Below, one piece after another: positions 27,401 to 36,155 of a stretch of DNA of 64,000 bases (its first letter is position 1; each line of letters opens with the position of its first letter). Source of the DNA: a virus. A program made the position numbers and the translations under genes. The DNA is taken from positions 471 to 64,470 of the IMG/VR virus record IMGVR_UViG_3300038379_000484. One strand, written 5' to 3'. The notes below the pieces were generated by a model. It did not search any database. It had not been told where the DNA came from and saw nothing but the letters and a program-made list of their open reading frames with translations.

Positions 27401-27616
27401 ATGGCAGACGTGATCGATTTCAACCAGAGCCCGCCCGGGCAGAAGGATCAGATCATCGAGGATCTGACCCGGTACATCAAGGCGACGGATAGGATGCTGC
27501 TGATGATGTCGGAGTCGAAGCTGCAGATGGTGGAGTTCTCCTGCCTCGCGATCGACAGAGCCAACGCGAAGTCGAGGGCCGTGCACAACGGCTATCTCTG
27601 GCCTGACGGCGAATGA
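27401..27616 (+). CDS. hypothetical protein, 71 aa
   Basis: Coupled to rusA by ATGA. Confidence 0.5.
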   Translation: MADVIDFNQSPPGQKDQIIEDLTRYIKATDRMLLMMSESKLQMVEFSCLAIDRANAKSRAVHNGYLWPDGE

Positions 27617-28065
27617 GCACGCTCGTCCTAAGACTGCCCTATCCACCGTCGGTCAACCACTACTGGCGACACGCCAGAGGGCGCCACTACATCGACAGGC
27701 CGGGCCAGAGCTACAGGACTGAGGTGTGGGCGGAGGTGATGCGCTGTCGCGAGCCACAGCGCGTGCGCAATATCTTCGAGGGCCCGCTCGCGGTGAAAGT
27801 GACGGCGGCGCCGCCGGACTACGCCTACCGCGACATCGACAACATCCACAAGGCGCTGTTCGACTCGCTGAAGCACGCCAGCGTCTACGTCGACGATCAC
27901 CAGATCATCAACCTCTGCAGCTACTGGATGGAGCCAAGACGAGATGACCCGCGGGTGTGGGTGACGATCGATGAGATCGAGGCGCCGGAGTGGTGGAAGC
28001 GACGCGCCGACGCCACGTTGAAGCGACGCCGGCGCGCAGCCTCTACTTCTTCCCGAGCGACTTAG
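27613..28065 (+). CDS. rusA: RusA Holliday-junction resolvase
   Basis: LPYPPSVNHYWR, RDIDNIHKALFDSL, DDHQI motifs. Confidence 0.92.
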   Translation: MSTLVLRLPYPPSVNHYWRHARGRHYIDRPGQSYRTEVWAEVMRCREPQRVRNIFEGPLAVKVTAAPPDYAYRDIDNIHKALFDSLKHASVYVDDHQIINLCSYWMEPRRDDPRVWVTIDEIEAPEWWKRRADATLKRRRRAASTSSRAT

Positions 28066-28399
28066 CCCGCTTCGCATCGGCCGCTGCGAACGCCTCCTCC
28101 CATGTGTCGCCCTCGCCTTCGACCATGAAGGCGAAGCCGCCGAGGATGACGTGACCGACGCTGAAGCGGAAGCGGTGCGGTAGCATCCGCAGCTTCTTCT
28201 CCTCAGCGTGCAGCGCCGCCCGCTTCTGCGTGTCGGTCTCGGCCTTGAGCCGCTCCCGGATCTCGTTGTAGAGGAGCCGGTACTCCTCGCGCTGCGCTGG
28301 TGTCGACGTCTGCTTGGGGTCGTCGCGAACCGCTGCTGTCTTCCCCCACCTGCGCGTGGCCTCTGCCAGCGCGCTGCGCTTGCTCATCTTCCTTGCCAT
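28043..28399 (-). CDS. hypothetical basic protein, 118 aa
   Basis: SD GGAG before MARKMSKR; convergent with rusA. Confidence 0.6.
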   Translation of the reverse strand: MARKMSKRSALAEATRRWGKTAAVRDDPKQTSTPAQREEYRLLYNEIRERLKAETDTQKRAALHAEEKKLRMLPHRFRFSVGHVILGGFAFMVEGEGDTWEEAFAAADAKRAKSLGKK

Positions 28400-28487
28400 C
28401 GGGATCTCCCAAAGATCACCGGCCGGGATTGGCTGGCTCCCTGAAACACGCACGGAGCGTGCCAGAGATAAGTGCTTGATCTGCGGT

Positions 28488-28540
28488 GTGTCAGGATCCT
28501 GACACTGACGGGATGTCGACGCTTTCGTCGGGATGTCGAC
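28488..28540. promoter_or_regulatory. perfect 18-bp operator palindrome plus two variant sites
   Basis: GTGTCAGGATCCTGACAC at 28488-28505; G(A/T)CGGGATGTCGAC at 28507 and 28527, 20 bp apart. Confidence 0.65.
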
Positions 28541-28551
28541 ACTGCCTGAGC

Positions 28552-28595
28552 CCCCGCCGCCTATTCCGTTTGGGCGGATGTCGCCGGCGGCGGGG
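28552..28595. terminator. GC-rich hairpin, possible terminator
   Basis: CCCCGCCGCC (28552-61) pairs with GGCGGCGGGG (28586-95); intergenic; only a short T tract. Confidence 0.4.
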
Positions 28596-28604
28596 TTTCG
28601 GAGA

Positions 28605-29093
28605 TCAGGCTCCCCATGGGAGATGCGACGTCAGGATTTTATCCCGGGACCGCCTTGCACGGCGGATCGTCTTCAGCGAGAGCTTCATCTTCTCCACCCG
28701 ATCGCGCAGCCGCTTCGCTTCTTGCGAGAGCTTGACCACTTCCTGCATCGTCGCCATGTTCTCGGGCGTGTTAAGGTAGAGGCTGCTCGTGCTCTCCTTC
28801 GACCGGGCGCCGCTCTTGGTCTTGATCCACGCGTCGCCGCCTCCGCCCCATCTTCCGGGCTGCGTGGAGGTGACGGTGACGACGGCGATGCCGTCGTGCG
28901 TGCTGTCGTAGCGGGCGCCGGTGAACATCAGCGCCTCGATAGGCGTGCGCTCAGCCTTCAGCGCCTTGTCGATCACCGCCTTCATCTCGTCCAGAGACGG
29001 CATGTTGCCGAGATCGGGGCGGCTGTCGACGACGAAGCGACCGGCGCTGTCCACCTTGATGTTGAAGCCCTTGTGAGCGAAATCCTTCATCAT
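28605..29093 (-). CDS. hypothetical protein, 162 aa
   Basis: ATGA-type overlap with the DUF932-like gene. Confidence 0.6.
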   Translation of the reverse strand: MMKDFAHKGFNIKVDSAGRFVVDSRPDLGNMPSLDEMKAVIDKALKAERTPIEALMFTGARYDSTHDGIAVVTVTSTQPGRWGGGGDAWIKTKSGARSKESTSSLYLNTPENMATMQEVVKLSQEAKRLRDRVEKMKLSLKTIRRARRSRDKILTSHLPWGA

Positions 29094-30148
29094 CGCGCTC
29101 CGGCGATGGCGCGCCACTCGGAGGCGGGAAGCTCGATGAGGTTGCCGCCCATCGTCTCCAGTTCGGTGGCGCGATCGTAGCTGGCCAGATCCTCGGCGGT
29201 GCGGGTGACGGCATTGACGAGCCCGTACCTGGAGAGGTCGCCGCCAGCAATGAGGTGGCGCAGCACCGACGAGCGTTCGTTCTGGTCGAGCGTGTAGTGC
29301 TCGGCCAGCGCTTCGACAGCCTTCGGCACGTCGCCGGTGATCTGCTGGTGCGTGGTCTCCTCGATCTTGGCGATCCACTCCTGAAAGCGGGCGGCGTCGA
29401 ATGCGGCCTTGACGACGTCGCGGACCTTGCTGAGCACGGCGAGATCTTCGAGCCGCTTGGTGTTGTCGGTGAGGAGGGCCGCGATCTCGTCGCCCTCCAC
29501 GCGGCGCCCGACGTGGGCAGCGCGCAGCGCCGACTTGTCCCTGACCATCCCGTTCAGGCAGGCGAGGAACAGCGCGAACGGCTTCACCGTGATCGCGCCC
29601 AGCCCCACCTCAGAATTGGAGATCATCACGCCGGCTTCGACGACGTCACCGACCCTGCGCGACTTCACCTCGGCCCGCACCTCGGAGGTGATGGCCTTGA
29701 TGTAGAGGCGGGATTCGGTGATCTCGGTGGAAACGGCGCGAACGCCAGGGATCTCGGCAAGCACAGGCAGGGCGACGTTAGCCACGTCGTAGTTGTCGAT
29801 GCGCTGGTAGCGGTCGCTGAGGAAGGCGCGGACCTTGCCGTCGAGCGTGCGAATCATTCTGCGCTCGGGGTTGTTCTGCAGCCAGTGATTGACGTTGCGT
29901 GCGAGGAGGTGCGGTGCCTCGGCGCGCATGCGGTCGTAGTACTTGGCCGGGATCTGGATGCGCTCTGCGAGTTGGCGGTGGGCGATGCCGTTGAGCGGCA
30001 TGGCAGCGCCGTTGCCGGCGATCGACAGCGTGACGTCGTCGTTCATCGTCACTGCGGTCGTGTCGGCGATGTAGTCTTGCTTGTTGTCTGGGCTGCGCTG
30101 GCGCTCGATTTCGGCCGCGAGTTCGGACAGGCTCTTACCGGTTTTCAT
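29090..30148 (-). CDS. DUF932/DUF945-like protein, 352 aa
   Basis: MIRTLDGKVRAFLSDRYQRIDN, ISNSEVGLG, C.NGM, YGLVNAVT, RA.ELE motifs. Confidence 0.75.
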   Translation of the reverse strand: MKTGKSLSELAAEIERQRSPDNKQDYIADTTAVTMNDDVTLSIAGNGAAMPLNGIAHRQLAERIQIPAKYYDRMRAEAPHLLARNVNHWLQNNPERRMIRTLDGKVRAFLSDRYQRIDNYDVANVALPVLAEIPGVRAVSTEITESRLYIKAITSEVRAEVKSRRVGDVVEAGVMISNSEVGLGAITVKPFALFLACLNGMVRDKSALRAAHVGRRVEGDEIAALLTDNTKRLEDLAVLSKVRDVVKAAFDAARFQEWIAKIEETTHQQITGDVPKAVEALAEHYTLDQNERSSVLRHLIAGGDLSRYGLVNAVTRTAEDLASYDRATELETMGGNLIELPASEWRAIAGAR

Positions 30149-30151
30149 AGG

Positions 30152-30625
30152 CTAGTCTCCTAAGTTGTTGCCCCGCAGGGCGGGATGTGGCGCCGCAGCG
30201 CCGAAGCGGATAGTGACAGGATCGTGCGCCCCCGTCAAGAGCTTTCTCTTGTCACCGCACATGATGAGGACGCGCATACCCTCGCGTGTGAGCTTGTCGA
30301 TGAGGAGCTTCCCCGGCCCGCGGCGCCACGCCTCGGGGCGATTCGGATCGACCATGATGGCGACGAGCTTCTTGTCGCTGGCGCTGCTGTTGATGATGAA
30401 GCCGCAGCGATCCGGGCGTAGCTCTGCGGGAAGGTCGGTCATGCGCCAGACGCACAGGTACTCGCCGCAGATCGTGGGTCGCTCTGGGCGGTCGAAGATC
30501 GAGCACGCGCCATTTTGCCCGGGCCGGCAGTGCTCGCACCATCTTCCCTGTGGCTTGTTGATCTCGACTACCCTCGGCAGCTTGCAGCAGAGCGCGCACG
30601 TCCCGCAACTTGGATTGGGCGTCAT
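30152..30625 (-). CDS. YkgJ-like Cys-cluster (Zn/Fe-S) protein, 157 aa
   Basis: CGTCALCC...C.HC...CSIF..RP.IC..Y.C motif. Confidence 0.7.
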   Translation of the reverse strand: MTPNPSCGTCALCCKLPRVVEINKPQGRWCEHCRPGQNGACSIFDRPERPTICGEYLCVWRMTDLPAELRPDRCGFIINSSASDKKLVAIMVDPNRPEAWRRGPGKLLIDKLTREGMRVLIMCGDKRKLLTGAHDPVTIRFGAAAPHPALRGNNLGD

Positions 30626-30702
30626 TTGGTGGCTCCGAGAACGATGATGAGGAGCAGAGTTGCGCCGGTGACGGCGATGAAGTAGAGATCGCTAATGCTC
30701 AT
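30622..30702 (-). CDS. 26-aa single-TM micro-protein
   Basis: Overlap-coupled on both sides; hydrophobic. Confidence 0.4.
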   Translation of the reverse strand: MSISDLYFIAVTGATLLLIIVLGATK

Positions 30703-30958
30703 TGCGGCCGCCGCTGGTCTGCATCCGAATCTCCGGCTCTCCGGTGTAGCGCAGCCCGGGCTCGTCGCCGCTGATGATTTCGATCGCCGCCTTCGCGAGC
30801 ACACCCAGCGTCTCCGTTGAGGCGCCGTGCGCGCTCACGAATGCGGACCATCGGGCGAGCACGCGCACGCACCGCGCGCGCTCCTCTGACCGCGCCAGCG
30901 CCATGGCAAGAGCGTGATCCCGTTCCATCGTCTTGCGCGCCTTGTCGACGACCGTCAT
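30692..30958 (-). CDS. hypothetical protein, 88 aa
   Basis: ATGA coupling. Confidence 0.5.
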   Translation of the reverse strand: MTVVDKARKTMERDHALAMALARSEERARCVRVLARWSAFVSAHGASTETLGVLAKAAIEIISGDEPGLRYTGEPEIRMQTSGGRNEH

Positions 30959-31281
30959 GGCATGACGCTCCACAGGATGGCGGCGAGCCCGACCAGCCCG
31001 ACGCCGATGACCAGGAGCGTTGCTCTGACCAGGGCGCGCTCTGGATTCCAGTTGGCGCGCGTGTCGGGGATGCGGTAGAGGTGCTGGCGCAGGCTGTACA
31101 TGATGGGCATGCCGTCGTGCGTCCACACCTCGATCTCGTCGCGGATGGCCATGGCGTCTAGCACATAGCCAACCTCAAGGCGCGAGTAGTGGGGGATGTG
31201 CCAGCTAATGTCGGCGAGCGATCTCGGTTCGCGCACGCGCGAGAGCACGGCGATGATGTTGGCGCGGATCTCTTGATTCAT
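30955..31281 (-). CDS. winged-helix-like protein with C-terminal TM, 108 aa
   Basis: SLADIS..IP..SR.EV...LD.M..RDEI wHTH pattern; hydrophobic C-terminus. Confidence 0.55.
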   Translation of the reverse strand: MNQEIRANIIAVLSRVREPRSLADISWHIPHYSRLEVGYVLDAMAIRDEIEVWTHDGMPIMYSLRQHLYRIPDTRANWNPERALVRATLLVIGVGLVGLAAILWSVMP

Positions 31282-31898
31282 TGTCCGCATCCGCAGAGCT
31301 TGGCCAGCGCAGCCTTGGCTTCGGCGACGGCTTCAGCGATCATGTCGGCTGCTAGGTCGCTGATGTAGTCGTCGTCTGGCTTGTCGACGTCGACGCCGCC
31401 GACGGCAGCGCGCCCAAGTTGGACGCCGGCGCGCGAAGCAATGGCGCTGACGCAGAGCAAGGCGATGTCGCCGTCAGCATACTTGCGCAGCCGCTCCAGA
31501 TCTTGGGCGACGTAGGAGCGAGCCAGACGATCGGCCTCCGACTTCGAGTAGCCGCGCTTGCGCAGATCTCGCCGGCGCTCGTCGACGGAAACGTTAGGTT
31601 TGTACCAAACCCTCTGTTGCCGCCACGATCGGGGAGCGGTGACGCAGATCGAGCCGGCGACGCGGCGCTCGTGAAACTCGCCAAGCCAGTCGACTTGCCC
31701 GATCTCGTCATAGCCGGCGCGCACGCTGACGGTGAATCCGTCTACGGTGAGCGTAGCCTGAGGCAGCCCGTCTCGGTCGTATTCCCATTCGATGGGGTTG
31801 CGCTTGGTGGCGCTGCGTGCCCAAGCCAGACGAGTGCTCGTGCTGGCGTCAGGGTATTCCGCGCGCAGCGCGCGCGCGTGTGCGATCAGAGTTTGCAT
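31278..31898 (-). CDS. hypothetical early protein, 206 aa
   Basis: SD GGAGGTG; coupled to neighbours. Confidence 0.65.
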   Translation of the reverse strand: MQTLIAHARALRAEYPDASTSTRLAWARSATKRNPIEWEYDRDGLPQATLTVDGFTVSVRAGYDEIGQVDWLGEFHERRVAGSICVTAPRSWRQQRVWYKPNVSVDERRRDLRKRGYSKSEADRLARSYVAQDLERLRKYADGDIALLCVSAIASRAGVQLGRAAVGGVDVDKPDDDYISDLAADMIAEAVAEAKAALAKLCGCGQ

Positions 31899-31899
31899 G

Positions 31900-32130
31900 T
31901 CACCTCCCATAGCCTTCGGTGTCGGAAAGGGGAACGCAGGCGCGCCAGTCTTGCTGACGGCGCTCGCGCTTCTGCTGCATGCGGATTGCGCGCGCCATCG
32001 CGGCGCGTGCGTTCCAGACTTGAAACTCTACGTCCCAGCCGTCGGGCGGGACAGGCCGGCGCGCGGTGCGCTCAGGGTGTTCGGGCTTGTGCTCGATCGC
32101 GGCGGCGAAGCTGAGGATGTAGCGCTTCAT
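31900..32130 (-). CDS. hypothetical protein, 76 aa
   Basis: ATGA coupling. Confidence 0.5.
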   Translation of the reverse strand: MKRYILSFAAAIEHKPEHPERTARRPVPPDGWDVEFQVWNARAAMARAIRMQQKRERRQQDWRACVPLSDTEGYGR

Positions 32131-32354
32131 CTCGGCTCAGCGCGCTGGTGTTGGGCGGAAATTGCCATCTCCAGCCTACGCGCGGCCTCCTCTATGTGGC
32201 GCGTGTTCTGCAGCCTGAGCACGGCGGCGTCAGCGGTTGTCGAAGCCATCATTACGCGGCGCAGCGTCTTCGCGTGGGCGCGCATGCACGCCACGGCGAG
32301 GGCGAGATCCTGCGTTGATGGCCGGGTGAAATCGAGCGAGACAAGTTCACCCAT
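32127..32354 (-). CDS. hypothetical protein, 75 aa
   Basis: SD GGAG; overlap-coupled. Confidence 0.5.
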   Translation of the reverse strand: MGELVSLDFTRPSTQDLALAVACMRAHAKTLRRVMMASTTADAAVLRLQNTRHIEEAARRLEMAISAQHQRAEPR

Positions 32355-32592
32355 TGGAAACTCCGAGGCGGCGCCGCTCCAGATCCGCCATTGCCTTGCA
32401 GCGAGTGAAGAAGCGGTGCTCGCACGTGCCGGCCTCCCATGCAAGCGGATCCCCGCTCTGTACGAGGTAGCCGTCGAATTTCAGGCGGGCCGCGCTGTCC
32501 ATGTTCATGCAAAAGTAGCGCTTGATCTCGCTGTCGCCGTATAGCAGAGCGCGCCTGACCGCGGCCGCGATATGGTCAAGTGTGTGTGCCAT
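32347..32592 (-). CDS. hypothetical protein, 81 aa
   Basis: First gene after the 32652 promoter; SD GGAGAG. Confidence 0.55.
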   Translation of the reverse strand: MAHTLDHIAAAVRRALLYGDSEIKRYFCMNMDSAARLKFDGYLVQSGDPLAWEAGTCEHRFFTRCKAMADLERRRLGVSNG

Positions 32593-32624
32593 GATCTCTC
32601 CCAAGGTGATAGTGCTAAACGCAT

Positions 32625-32652
32625 AGCATACGCCGTGCCATGATCCTGTCAA
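32625..32652 (-). promoter_or_regulatory. sigma70 promoter with operator-like site
   Basis: - strand TTGACA-N16-TATGCT; GACAGGATCATGGC overlaps the -35. Confidence 0.7.
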
Positions 32653-32761
32653 TACCGGGTCAGGAACAACAGCACGCGTTGCGCCAGATACGGCCATTGC
32701 GGCCACGTCGTACCCGTCAAGATCTCGATACGGCGCGCGAGCCAGCAGACGGGGCGGGCGA

Positions 32762-32992
32762 TCATGCCAGCCCCAGACGGATGACGGCAGCGTCATAGAT
32801 GGCGCGGCCGTTCTCGGTCAAGTTCTCGGTGCTCAGCATCAGGCCGGGCCGGAATCGCATGCGATCGAGTTGAACGCCGATCGACTCGCCGCGGCGGCGA
32901 TTCGATGGGCGCTCCCAGAGCACGCCGCCGACGTTATAGTCCCATTCGAGGCAGGCGTAAGCCTCGCAAATATCAAAGCGATCGAAAAACAT
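32762..32992 (-). CDS. hypothetical protein, 76 aa
   Basis: TGATG coupling; FDRFDICEAY...E.DYN motif. Confidence 0.6.
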   Translation of the reverse strand: MFFDRFDICEAYACLEWDYNVGGVLWERPSNRRRGESIGVQLDRMRFRPGLMLSTENLTENGRAIYDAAVIRLGLA

Positions 32993-33813
32993 CAGCGGTT
33001 CTCCTCTGTCGCGGTGAACGGCCACGCCGAGGCTTCGCGCAGCCCGCATTCGCTCCCCCAGATAACGAGATCATGGCGGGCGATGCACTCGCGCGCCTCG
33101 CGCTGCCAGCGCTCGGTGTAGCTGGCGCAGATCTCCGCCCAGCGTGCGCGCGCGAGCTTCGCGGCTTGGCGTGGCGCCTCCGACGGTGGCGCCGCATACG
33201 TGCCGTCACCCTCGCCGAGACTGGCAAGCGCGGAGGTGTAGACTTCGGTGACGATCGCGCGCACGCGCTCCGCCTCAGCAAGCGGTGCGCGGATATGGTC
33301 GGCGAAGATCTGCAGCGCTTCCGCGAGCGTAGGCTCGCGGTAGTCCGTTTTCTGCCACGGCTTGGCCGGGTCAATGTCGGGCTTGGGGAAATGGCGCTTG
33401 CTGTTGCCGGCGTGGTAGCGCTCGCCGAAGGCGCCCGGGACGGTGCCGGCGAGGTCGTACCAGCCGTTAGCCTCGGCGTGCATGGGTTTGCCGTCGATGT
33501 CGGAGAGGTGGAGCGCGGCGAGGTCGGCGAGATCGGGCCGATGCTGCAGAATTTCCTCGTGCATGCAGCCGCCGGCCACGTCTTCGGTGCGCGCGCGGCC
33601 GCGCGAGTCTGTCCGCGTCTCATATAGCGTAGCGGTCAAGCTGAAGTAGGGCGCGCTGTTGCCGCGGATATAGTGCAGACCTCCGCCAATCACGAGACGC
33701 GATGCGATGCCATCGTTGGCGAAGTGAACCGAATCCAGGACGGGCGTGCGCGAGCGGTCGACCATTGGCGCGCCGTTCTGGTCGCGGGCGGTGCGGGTGA
33801 CGGTGTCAGGCAT
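32992..33813 (-). CDS. conserved-looking hypothetical phage protein, 273 aa
   Basis: YFSLT, GGCMHEEI, LHL.D.DG.PMH..ANGWY motifs suggest a His/Cys metal site. Confidence 0.7.
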   Translation of the reverse strand: MPDTVTRTARDQNGAPMVDRSRTPVLDSVHFANDGIASRLVIGGGLHYIRGNSAPYFSLTATLYETRTDSRGRARTEDVAGGCMHEEILQHRPDLADLAALHLSDIDGKPMHAEANGWYDLAGTVPGAFGERYHAGNSKRHFPKPDIDPAKPWQKTDYREPTLAEALQIFADHIRAPLAEAERVRAIVTEVYTSALASLGEGDGTYAAPPSEAPRQAAKLARARWAEICASYTERWQREARECIARHDLVIWGSECGLREASAWPFTATEENR

Positions 33814-33937
33814 GGTGACGTTTCTCCGGGCGCCGGCTGCGGCGCGTGCTGATGCGGTTAAGGATGCGGGCGCGGGCGCGAGCTTCGCGGCGCGCTTCGC
33901 GGCGGTCTTCGGCGGTGAAGGCTCGGGACTGGTGCAT
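33806..33937 (-). CDS. Arg-rich 43-aa peptide (not in ORF track)
   Basis: MHQSRAFTAEDRREARREARARARILNRISTRRSRRPEKRHHA; fills the gap exactly and overlaps the next start. Confidence 0.5.
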   Translation of the reverse strand: MHQSRAFTAEDRREARREARARARILNRISTRRSRRPEKRHHA

Positions 33938-33939
33938 GG

Positions 33940-34131
33940 TCAATCCCAGCTATCGGGCACGTGTTGCGGGTAGAAGACTTCGCCGGTCTTGTGCGCGGTG
34001 CTGTTTGCGTCCAGCGCTTCCACGCGCAGCCTGCCGCTCGTGTCGGTGAAGACCACGTAGGGAACGCCGAAGTAATCGGCATTGGCTTGCGCGGAGCCGC
34101 GGGCGGTGCTGAGGCTGATTGAATAGCCCAT
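33940..34131 (-). CDS. hypothetical protein, 63 aa
   Basis: SD GAGGAG. Confidence 0.55.
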   Translation of the reverse strand: MGYSISLSTARGSAQANADYFGVPYVVFTDTSGRLRVEALDANSTAHKTGEVFYPQHVPDSWD

Positions 34132-34134
34132 GGC

Positions 34135-34461
34135 TTACTCCTCGAAGTAGCCGGGATCTTCGGCTTGCGCGCCGTCGTTATCGGCGAGCCAGTCGAGGGC
34201 GGCGGCGATGAAGGTAGCGGCCTTGATGCCGCAGGCCGGGCAGTCGACGGTGCCGTCGGTGCCGGAGTGAGCGCAGGGCGCGGTCACTTCGCCGTTCTCG
34301 TCTTCGGCCTGCACGTCGCGAATGTCCCAGCCGAAGATTGACGCCACGGCGGGCGCGTCGTAGTCGACCTGCACGAGCACGGATTGCTCCTCGTCTTCGC
34401 TCAGAATCTCGCCGGCGCAGCCGGGCGCGTTTACATCAGTGTTCCAGGTGATAGTGCTCAC
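34135..34461 (-). CDS. acidic hypothetical protein, 108 aa
   Basis: GTG start after GGAGA; C.H...DG.VDC..CG motif. Confidence 0.6.
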   Translation of the reverse strand: MSTITWNTDVNAPGCAGEILSEDEEQSVLVQVDYDAPAVASIFGWDIRDVQAEDENGEVTAPCAHSGTDGTVDCPACGIKAATFIAAALDWLADNDGAQAEDPGYFEE

Positions 34462-34519
34462 TTCATTCTCCCAAGGTTGAAGGCGCGAGCGCTCATGCAA
34501 GCCTCGTGCCATTATCGTG

Positions 34520-34732
34520 TTATGCGCAATCCTCGCAGTAGCGTTGACGCGCCTGGATCAGGGCGTTGCAGCCCCCGCACTCGTGCACCTCGTTCTCGCA
34601 GCCGCGCTCGTGCGAAGGCAGGCCGTTGATAACGAGGGCGGCGCAGCACGAGCATTGCACGCTGTAGGTGCGGGTGAACGGGATATGCCGGGACCGATCG
34701 AATCCCAGCGCGCGCAGTGTCGACAGTTTCAT
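34520..34732 (-). CDS. small Cys/His-rich Zn-finger protein, 70 aa
   Basis: CSCC...HE.GC...C.GC...C..C. Confidence 0.6.
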   Translation of the reverse strand: MKLSTLRALGFDRSRHIPFTRTYSVQCSCCAALVINGLPSHERGCENEVHECGGCNALIQARQRYCEDCA

Positions 34733-34769
34733 GGCGTGGCCTTTCGGGGTTGCGGCAGCATCGATGTTG

Positions 34770-35090
34770 TTAGAGCCAGTCGCCGGGGCGTAGATACATG
34801 CGCCCGGCCTCGCGTAGGAGCCGAGAGTTGGAGAAACAGAGTTGGCGCAAAGGCCAGCCGTAGAGTGTCAGCGGCGTGGCGCGGCAGTCGTAGTTTCTGG
34901 CGAAGGCGACCTTCGCTGGCGGAGGTTGCTGCGCGAGCGTGCGCCGGCTGACGCGGCGCGCTTTGTCGCGTTCGCGATTGTGTTCGGATTCGGGCGCGAG
35001 CGATGCGGCGTGGCCGGCGGGCTCGATCAAGCCGATGCGCTCGCCGTTGACGGTGACGATTCGGGTAATGGCGTAGTAGACGGTTCCCAT
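34770..35090 (-). CDS. hypothetical protein, 106 aa
   Basis: In the leftward early cluster; plausible SD. Confidence 0.5.
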   Translation of the reverse strand: MGTVYYAITRIVTVNGERIGLIEPAGHAASLAPESEHNRERDKARRVSRRTLAQQPPPAKVAFARNYDCRATPLTLYGWPLRQLCFSNSRLLREAGRMYLRPGDWL

Positions 35091-35151
35091 GGCTTTGCCT
35101 GCTTGGTGTCGGGAAGTCGCCGGTGTTGACGTCTTCCCGACGGGGTTGTCG

Positions 35152-35496
35152 TTACTCTGGTGAATCGGAGCCTTCGGCGATCAGGTCGCCGCAGTGGTCG
35201 CAAATCACGTCCTGGTCTGGAGCTTCGCAGATCTCCAGGCCGAGGGGGCGCCAGCCGCCGGCGTTATCGCGGCTGCGGTGGGCGGCGGAGACGAGGCGCC
35301 ATTCCTTGGTGACGCAGTCGGGGCAGAGCAGGGCGCCGTCGGTGAGCACCAGGGCGAGGGCGTAGCCGCCCGGCCACGCGTAGCGCTCGCGCCGGACGAT
35401 GCGGGCGGCGCCCATTGGGTGCTCGCGCCGGACGGTGTCGGCGAAAGCCTGACGCCGGCGCGTGTCGAGATCCATCGCGTCGAGGTCAATGGCCAT
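35152..35496 (-). CDS. hypothetical Zn-binding protein, 114 aa
   Basis: YAWPGGY.L.....DG..LC..C and C..C motifs. Confidence 0.6.
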   Translation of the reverse strand: MAIDLDAMDLDTRRRQAFADTVRREHPMGAARIVRRERYAWPGGYALALVLTDGALLCPDCVTKEWRLVSAAHRSRDNAGGWRPLGLEICEAPDQDVICDHCGDLIAEGSDSPE

Positions 35497-35698
35497 TGTT
35501 CACCTCGGCGGCGATCGATTGGGTTGCGCCCTGCGCGTGGCTTAGCCAAGCCCGGGCCGCCAGTGCGAAGCGTTCGATGCGGTCCTGGTCGGCGCCGCCG
35601 ATCGCCGCCGCAACCTCGGCGACGGCGTCGAGATCCGCGGCGGCCTCCTTGATTCTGTTGAGCGCGAGCCTGAGGAGTTCGATTTGATCTGCTGTCAT
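35486..35698 (-). CDS. hypothetical helical protein, 70 aa
   Basis: SD GGAGG; coupled. Confidence 0.55.
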   Translation of the reverse strand: MTADQIELLRLALNRIKEAAADLDAVAEVAAAIGGADQDRIERFALAARAWLSHAQGATQSIAAEVNNGH

Positions 35699-35874
35699 GC
35701 TTGCCTCCGGGCGGCCTGTTCGCTGCTGAGTTCGGCGGCGATGCGGTTGTAGAGGCGGAGCGCTGCGGCCGCCTGAACGGTGGCGTTGCGGGCGGAGTCG
35801 AGCGCGTAGAGGGCGGAAAGGGCGTCGAGCACGAGCGCCACCTCCGCGGGCGTGAGGTCGAGGTGCGTGCTCAT
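35695..35874 (-). CDS. hypothetical helical protein, 59 aa
   Basis: SD GGAGG; ATGA coupling. Confidence 0.55.
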   Translation of the reverse strand: MSTHLDLTPAEVALVLDALSALYALDSARNATVQAAAALRLYNRIAAELSSEQAARRQA

Positions 35875-36155
35875 GCCTGCCTCCGGCGGCCGTCGAGCCG
35901 GTGCGCGATGCCGGCGACCAGCCGGTACCACGTCAGGCCGATTCGGCTCGTGCGGAAGCGTGCGGTGAGGATGGGGAAGCGGCAGTGTAGCGCGTGCACG
36001 CGGCCGCGGACGCGCAGGGCGAGGCCGGCAAAGAGGATGATGCGCGAGGACTGCGGGTCAATGCCGGCGTGCAGGTACTGCCAGCCCGATGCGGTGCGCA
36101 GGTAGAAGGCGCGCCACGCGCAGCCCTCGGCGAAGATGAGTCGGCGCGCGCTCAT
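35871..36155 (-). CDS. hypothetical protein, 94 aa
   Basis: SD GGAGGAAGG; ATGA coupling. Confidence 0.5.
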   Translation of the reverse strand: MSARRLIFAEGCAWRAFYLRTASGWQYLHAGIDPQSSRIILFAGLALRVRGRVHALHCRFPILTARFRTSRIGLTWYRLVAGIAHRLDGRRRQA

